Shown here: one piece after another, positions 58,617 through 64,000 of the stretch
How the letters are laid out: the number at the start of each line of letters is the position of its first letter
Numbering within the stretch: the stretch's first letter is position 1
From: a virus
Strand: one strand, 5' to 3'
Length of the DNA stretch: 64,000 nucleotides
Virus record (IMG/VR): IMGVR_UViG_3300028581_000012
Program-made: the position numbers and the translations under genes
Notes under the pieces: generated by a model
What the model saw: the letters and a program-made list of their open reading frames with translations, nothing else
Databases searched by the model: none
Told to the model about the DNA's origin: nothing

Positions 58617-61600
58617 CTTGGTTTAATATATACGCTTTAATGTATCTGTTAATGGCACTTTTACCTTTATTCAAACCAAAATAAAAATGGTTTGGTCCCC
58701 CAACAATAAATGACTGTTGTGTACCTGCCGGCCAGTTTGGATTTGCCAATCCTTGTGGTGTTTGATTGTAAATATAACCTCGTCTTCCTGTTGTTGATGG
58801 ATTAAAGTATGGTGTTGTTGGGGGGTTAAAACTAAAGTTTTGGTATAGTTGTGAGTAAAACCCACCATTAGATAAAACATTAGTATTCCAATCATTTGTA
58901 TCTGAACCAAATATTGATGATGTTGTGGTTGATGACCATTGATATGTTGGTACTAGTTGGGTATTTGGATACCCAAAATAATTTGTAAGTGTTGGTGTAA
59001 ATGTTTGAATACCAGGACTCAATGTTAATCTATTAACGGTATTTGAACTAAAGAATATACCCATTAAAGCATCACCTGTACCAAGGTATAATTCATTATC
59101 TGAATAATTATCTTCATCAAATTCTTCAATCCCATATTCAGAATTTATTGAAAACATTTGTGCAACATCCCCATCAATTCTGTCTTCACTTCTTGAAAAC
59201 ATTCTGTTTATTGATGCATCACCTAAACCTAAAACTTGTCCCCAAAAGTTTGAATTTATCAATCTTGAAATAATGAATAACTGTAAAATTTCAGAAGTGT
59301 CATTATACGATGTACTTTTTATTGACTCAATTAAATAACCTTCAAAGTTAGGGTTAGTACAAATTTCTTTTGTAAATTCATCTCTTGGTCCTAAATCCAT
59401 TATGGTTGTAGGGAAAAATAAATTACGAACATTCATTCCCTTAAAGTTTGCATCTTGCAAAGTTGGGCTTGCAAATGTTCCTTGTCTTGGTTTTTGACCA
59501 ATAAATTTAGTTCCATCGTAAATCGCACTTCTATAAAAAAGTGAATTCGTTGTTCCACGAGTATAAAATATTGGTCCTTGATATGGTCTTAATGTACTAT
59601 CAGGTGTTCCACAAAACTTATACTTTTTTGGTTGTCCTGTAATATTGAAAATTGTTTGTTTTTTTAACGAAAACATATATAGTGAACCATTCACCCAATT
59701 GTTTTGAAACACTTGTGAAAATATACCTCTACACGCAGCAAACACCATTCTAAATCTTGTCTTCCATTCAAAGAAGTAAGTAATGTCTTTTGGTATTGAA
59801 ACAATAAGTGGGTTATCAACAAACTTATAACATCCCCCCGACATTCTTTTGCCGTTAGGGTTTTCACTACAAGGATTTTGAACAGAAAATGAGGTTCCTC
59901 CCCCTTGATAACATTTAAGTACTGTCATATTTTCACAACTTAATGAAGCCAAGACTGTACTTGAAACTTGACTTGGAGTATCTCCTGTCAAATCTTGAGC
60001 ATTGTTTGTGGTATCACCGGGCCCATTTGTTGTTGGCGCCAACGCCGTTCCACCTTCTTCATCAACAGCATAAACTGAAAAGTTGTCATTTAAAAATAAA
60101 CTAAATGAACTATTACCACTTACTTCTGTTATATCTGAAGTTGGTAATCTATCAGACCTAAATACAATGTTTAATGAGTTAGATACTGATATATTAGAAA
60201 CCGCTGTTGTGTGGTAAGCCGGGGAATAAACTCTTGTTGTTGTAGTTGCAACATTTATTGGGGAACCTGGAGTTGCATTTGAAGCAATTAATGAACCACC
60301 TTCAATATTACCTTGAGGACTTAATACCCCATTTGTCCATTGGAACGCCAACTTATTGTTACCAACACTTGGTTGAATATTAGAGTACACACCAGGTGTT
60401 GATGTAAAATACCCTAAATTAACAACGTCACTGTTATAAGACTTAAATGAACTTTGTGATTTATCGGTTGAGTTGTAGTAATATGGTGCATTGTTTGTAA
60501 ATGCAGTAAATAATGTACTATCAGGTGTAAAACCAAAAGGTGGGTGATAAAGAGTCGCATTATTGTTATTTGATACTGAATGTGATTCAGGGGTTTTATA
60601 GTCATTAAACCATGCACCACTTCCTGAGTTTTGTTGTATTGGGACGTTCAAGTAATAACTTCCTTCAACAAAAGGACCTGTACCTAAGTTAAAACCAAAA
60701 ATTTTAGATAAGTCGTATTTAATATTTTGTTTTTCGGTGTATGGGTCAGTACCTCTTGTCAAAAATATTACTTCATAATTTGCAAAATCATCAATGAACT
60801 TAATTGGGAATACATAATCACATTGTTGTGGTAAAATTCCATAACAGAACCTTTGTGTTTTTTTGAATAGGTATTTGTTTAATAAACCACCAGTTGTATT
60901 TGTAAGTCCTGAAAACTGTGTTACAGTCCCCCCTGTAATTACTTGGAAATATTCAACACCGGCAGGGAATTTGTAATCTTTACCATCTTCAGATATTTTC
61001 AACTTTAAGTTTACGGTTTGCTGTGTACCTCCTTGTGTTATATAATTAACAGGGACTGTAACTAAACTTGAGGCATTGTAAGGTGTTGTACCTGTAATAC
61101 TATTAGTATTAAATTGATTTGAATTTGTAATTCCCGTTAAGTTAGGGTCATTGATTGAATCAGTGTCTTGGAATGTTAAAAGTTGTCCAGGTGGTAACCC
61201 ATTGAATGTTCCACTATCAACAAATAACATCATAATACTATCTGTAAACGGCTGTGACGCATCTACTGTTGTCGTGTTAGGTATTGTGTTTCTAACTGTT
61301 GTTTGAATTAAGTTATCCCCATCAAAATACCTTTGTCTTATATTTGCCAAGTTTAACGATTGGGATAATGTAACATCGTTTGCTAAAAATTTTATCCCTC
61401 CTTGAGCAGGAAACTCAGATATTGGAGTTTTTACTAATTTATCATTATCATTTCCAAGATTTTGATATTGATATCCAGCCATAGCTTGAGCAATACCATT
61501 GTTAAATGCCGCTGGGTCGTTTGATGTGGACGATAAAATAGAATTGTACGTACTATAACTTACTGTTGAATTAGTATCACCCAAAGGACTATTATTTTCT

Positions 61601-63462
61601 GATGATATTGATACATTAGCACTTTGTGCAAATCCACTTTGTGTATCATCTTCAGGTAAAGTTTCATCGGTACAAGGACACGCCTCACAATCAGGATATG
61701 ATAACATTGGTAAAGATATTCTTTTAAAAATATTTTCTTTACCTAACTTTTTTATCGCTTCTTTTTTACATCCACCTTGTGGTCTAGCACCAAAAGTTAT
61801 TGCTCTTATGGCTAAACAAATACCATAGATAACAACGTTTATTACCCATATTAATAAATTTATGATGATTCTTAATATTGGGTAGATAAACGCCAATACG
61901 TGTAAAAGTATTATAAGAATTATAAAAGTAGGGGTTATAATTATTGTTAATAAACTAAATAAAAAGAATATAAAATCAAAATTTCTAACACCGTCATTAA
62001 CAGGGAATCTATTTGTTGTTGTTGTACACCTTCTATCTGTTATTTCTTTTATCCCTAAATGACGACTTCTATTGAACCCCCATTTCCATCTATCTATAAA
62101 ATTTGCAACAGTATAAACTTTATTAAAATTAAATTCATAGAATTTATCATCACAATTAACGGCCTCTTGAATCATTTGTTGACCAATAGTTGTGTTTACA
62201 TCACCGTAGTCATCCCAATCAAGACTAAACGCATATGAATTTAACTGAGCTGTTAGGTCAGTAGGTGCATTCACATTTGCCGTTGTCCATCCCCATTCTT
62301 TTACATTAGGAACAAGATAATCGGCGCGTAATATACTGGCGTTCATACCATCTTCATTTTGGTATTGAATTCTAAATCTATATTTACCTTTTGTTGGTAT
62401 ACCCACGTTTGGGTCTGTTGAAAGTACTTGTTCTCCAAATTCATTTGTGGTTACGTAGTCTAAATTCATTGGCACGTTTGCCAACCAAGTACCATTATCG
62501 TCAATTATTTTTCCGCCTTCAGGTAAAGAGTACTGTTCTAAAGCGGGTCTACCGTTAATGTCGTAATTAATTGTTTGTCTGATTGCTAAAATTCTACCTT
62601 GACCTGTTACTAAATCACATAAATTACCTGAATCTTTTTTTGGTTTACAGTTTGATTTTAAAAAGTCTTCTTCACTTGTTGAAAATAAAGAACCCATAAA
62701 AACGGCCTGTGGTGTGATTTCTATACCTAAATCTCTTAAATCAAAATCAACTCTTGTAATACCAACATTACAAATGTTTTCTTCACCCCAAAAAGATGCA
62801 ACATCAATATCTTTTTTCTGACCAACTATTTGTGGTAATGAGTCCAAATCTGTTGATGCTTTAAGTTGGTCCCCATCAAATTGTTCAGAAGTCCCACGAC
62901 CCAATCTAATTAAGTCTGCAGGTCTTAGTGAAAAACACCCAATATTAGAAAGGTCTAAATCTAAAACCGCTGTTTGAATTCCTAACGGAACCCCTACAAT
63001 CATAAAGTCACCACTTTCATTTGTTTTGACAGTGTACTTATAATACTTTTCATAAACTTCTAATACTTCTTTTCGTTTCAGAACATCTTCAACATCAGGA
63101 AATGTACCTGTTGGGGTGTGACCTCCGTATTCTTTAACGTATGGAAGTAAATTATATCTAAACCCATCTTCATTTTTTTGGTCAGGTCTTTTGTATGGAT
63201 ATAATGTAGACACTATAGGGTCATTTTCATCAACAGCGTCTAAAGGTACGAATATTGAAACATTCGCATTTGGTACTCCGTAACCACCATTAACAATAAC
63301 TCGGCCAGCAACAACACCATAATCGGCACAGAATCTTGTGTACACATCTTCTTGTCTTAATTTTAGGGAAAGTATTTCCAAAAAATCGAAGTCTTGTGTG
63401 ACGTTGATTCTTAGATTTTGGTCTTTTAGTGGTTGAGCCTTTAGTCTGTACGTCTTGGTCAT
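58609..63462 (-). CDS. very large structural protein (N-terminal carboxypeptidase-regulatory-like beta domain, internal TM hairpin)
   Basis: 'GRV..GVPNANVSI..KTNESGDF..GVPLG'; ~60-aa hydrophobic segment. Confidence 0.72.
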   Translation of the reverse strand: MTKTYRLKAQPLKDQNLRINVTQDFDFLEILSLKLRQEDVYTRFCADYGVVAGRVIVNGGYGVPNANVSIFVPLDAVDENDPIVSTLYPYKRPDQKNEDGFRYNLLPYVKEYGGHTPTGTFPDVEDVLKRKEVLEVYEKYYKYTVKTNESGDFMIVGVPLGIQTAVLDLDLSNIGCFSLRPADLIRLGRGTSEQFDGDQLKASTDLDSLPQIVGQKKDIDVASFWGEENICNVGITRVDFDLRDLGIEITPQAVFMGSLFSTSEEDFLKSNCKPKKDSGNLCDLVTGQGRILAIRQTINYDINGRPALEQYSLPEGGKIIDDNGTWLANVPMNLDYVTTNEFGEQVLSTDPNVGIPTKGKYRFRIQYQNEDGMNASILRADYLVPNVKEWGWTTANVNAPTDLTAQLNSYAFSLDWDDYGDVNTTIGQQMIQEAVNCDDKFYEFNFNKVYTVANFIDRWKWGFNRSRHLGIKEITDRRCTTTTNRFPVNDGVRNFDFIFFLFSLLTIIITPTFIILIILLHVLAFIYPILRIIINLLIWVINVVIYGICLAIRAITFGARPQGGCKKEAIKKLGKENIFKRISLPMLSYPDCEACPCTDETLPEDDTQSGFAQSANVSISSENNSPLGDTNSTVSYSTYNSILSSTSNDPAAFNNGIAQAMAGYQYQNLGNDNDKLVKTPISEFPAQGGIKFLANDVTLSQSLNLANIRQRYFDGDNLIQTTVRNTIPNTTTVDASQPFTDSIMMLFVDSGTFNGLPPGQLLTFQDTDSINDPNLTGITNSNQFNTNSITGTTPYNASSLVTVPVNYITQGGTQQTVNLKLKISEDGKDYKFPAGVEYFQVITGGTVTQFSGLTNTTGGLLNKYLFKKTQRFCYGILPQQCDYVFPIKFIDDFANYEVIFLTRGTDPYTEKQNIKYDLSKIFGFNLGTGPFVEGSYYLNVPIQQNSGSGAWFNDYKTPESHSVSNNNNATLYHPPFGFTPDSTLFTAFTNNAPYYYNSTDKSQSSFKSYNSDVVNLGYFTSTPGVYSNIQPSVGNNKLAFQWTNGVLSPQGNIEGGSLIASNATPGSPINVATTTTRVYSPAYHTTAVSNISVSNSLNIVFRSDRLPTSDITEVSGNSSFSLFLNDNFSVYAVDEEGGTALAPTTNGPGDTTNNAQDLTGDTPSQVSSTVLASLSCENMTVLKCYQGGGTSFSVQNPCSENPNGKRMSGGCYKFVDNPLIVSIPKDITYFFEWKTRFRMVFAACRGIFSQVFQNNWVNGSLYMFSLKKQTIFNITGQPKKYKFCGTPDSTLRPYQGPIFYTRGTTNSLFYRSAIYDGTKFIGQKPRQGTFASPTLQDANFKGMNVRNLFFPTTIMDLGPRDEFTKEICTNPNFEGYLIESIKSTSYNDTSEILQLFIISRLINSNFWGQVLGLGDASINRMFSRSEDRIDGDVAQMFSINSEYGIEEFDEDNYSDNELYLGTGDALMGIFFSSNTVNRLTLSPGIQTFTPTLTNYFGYPNTQLVPTYQWSSTTTSSIFGSDTNDWNTNVLSNGGFYSQLYQNFSFNPPTTPYFNPSTTGRRGYIYNQTPQGLANPNWPAGTQQSFIVGGPNHFYFGLNKGKSAINRYIKAYILNQDV

Positions 63463-63536
63463 TTATCGTTTTAAAATAAATAGATAATTTAGGTTTTTTA
63501 TTAAAAACTAATAACCTTAAAAATAAAATAAAGGAT

Positions 63537-64000
63537 TTAGTAGAAGTCTACAGTTCTTAGTTGTTTTACTCGAACATTAATATCTCTTGAATCAAACCTA
63601 ATTTGATAAATTTGGTCCGGTTCTGCAAAGATAGTGTCGTCAATTAAAAGTATCTCTTTTGTATCTTTATTAGAATATCTTTGTGAAGTTTCAGATGAAG
63701 AATATTGACCACCAACTCTATTATAAATTTTAAGTTCGGTTAATGTACTAACCCCTGCAGTATTTTGTATTATCCTTCTTATATCAGACACATTCACATT
63801 TTGACCTAAGTCTCTATTTTGTGGGTTCATATATGTTGACACTTGGTCAATAATTTGTGTAATAATTTGACTTTGAGCTGTGTTATTTTCTATAACTACC
63901 GAAATTTCAAACTCTAAATCAATTACTTTAGCAACATCGATTGATATGTAGTCATTAATCATTCTGTATTTAGAAAGATAGGTTGCTAAATTTGTTTTCA
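63537..64000 (-). CDS. baseplate wedge (T4 gp6-like) protein, C-terminal part, truncated by window edge
   Basis: Frame open to window end (..KTNLATYLSKYRMINDY..); 'GQNVNVSDI..AGV'. Confidence 0.65.
   Translation of the reverse strand, partial: KTNLATYLSKYRMINDYISIDVAKVIDLEFEISVVIENNTAQSQIITQIIDQVSTYMNPQNRDLGQNVNVSDIRRIIQNTAGVSTLTELKIYNRVGGQYSSSETSQRYSNKDTKEILLIDDTIFAEPDQIYQIRFDSRDINVRVKQLRTVDFY

Larger units (their letters stand above)
507..63482. promoter_or_regulatory. recurrent TATTTAT motif shortly upstream of starts (putative late promoter)
   Basis: Coding-strand TATTTAT at 507, 2127, 4537(+), 5092(+), 10615, 10677(+), 15873, 22089, 26035, 26729, 32790, 37352, 40217, 45343, 48267, 54957, 63476. 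Confidence 0.6.

Noticed and set aside
353-60620. Many 60-150 aa ORFs antisense to or nested in longer genes (e.g. 25299-25754, 31556-31975, 44481-44831)
   Set aside because: Shadow ORFs of codon-biased genes, with no motifs or promoters.
1-64000. Stop-codon recoding (TAG/TGA), as in some huge phages
   Set aside because: Long genes are intact in the standard code, TAG and TGA end plausible genes, and no suppressor tRNA is in the window.

Overview
This is a 64 kb segment of an AT-rich (~30% GC by eye), gene-dense jumbo/huge bacteriophage, almost all on the minus strand and read with the standard code. The host is probably Bacteroidota. Evidence for that host: recurrent TAnnTTTG -7 promoters, a short RpoD-like sigma factor, an Hc1 histone-like protein, type II glutamine synthetase and SprB-repeat proteins. 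The left ~37 kb is accessory, regulatory and replication DNA. It holds tRNA-Arg(UCU), an ~830 nt GOLLD-like structured ncRNA, two DNA methyltransferases, GlnII, DnaJ, glutaredoxin, PcfJ-like and LRR proteins, a possible lysis block, sigma-70, SbcC/SbcD, an HNH cassette, a PD-(D/E)XK nuclease, primase and a RuvC-like protein. The right ~26 kb is a virion tail/baseplate/fibre module with two embedded glycosyltransferases. Main candidate systems: (1) virion O-glycosylation, with a GT60-like enzyme, mucin-like PT tracts and a pervasive (S/T)-(G/A)-x-T motif; (2) diverse cargo proteins sharing a putative capsid-targeting, protease-cleaved N-terminal leader behind a TATTTAT motif; (3) a catalytically degenerate MetK-like protein; (4) a putative RNase-fold gene bracketed by two structured RNAs that share a motif; (5) the giant ncRNA operon with boxA. 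All assignments come from recognising motifs by eye; no searches were run.
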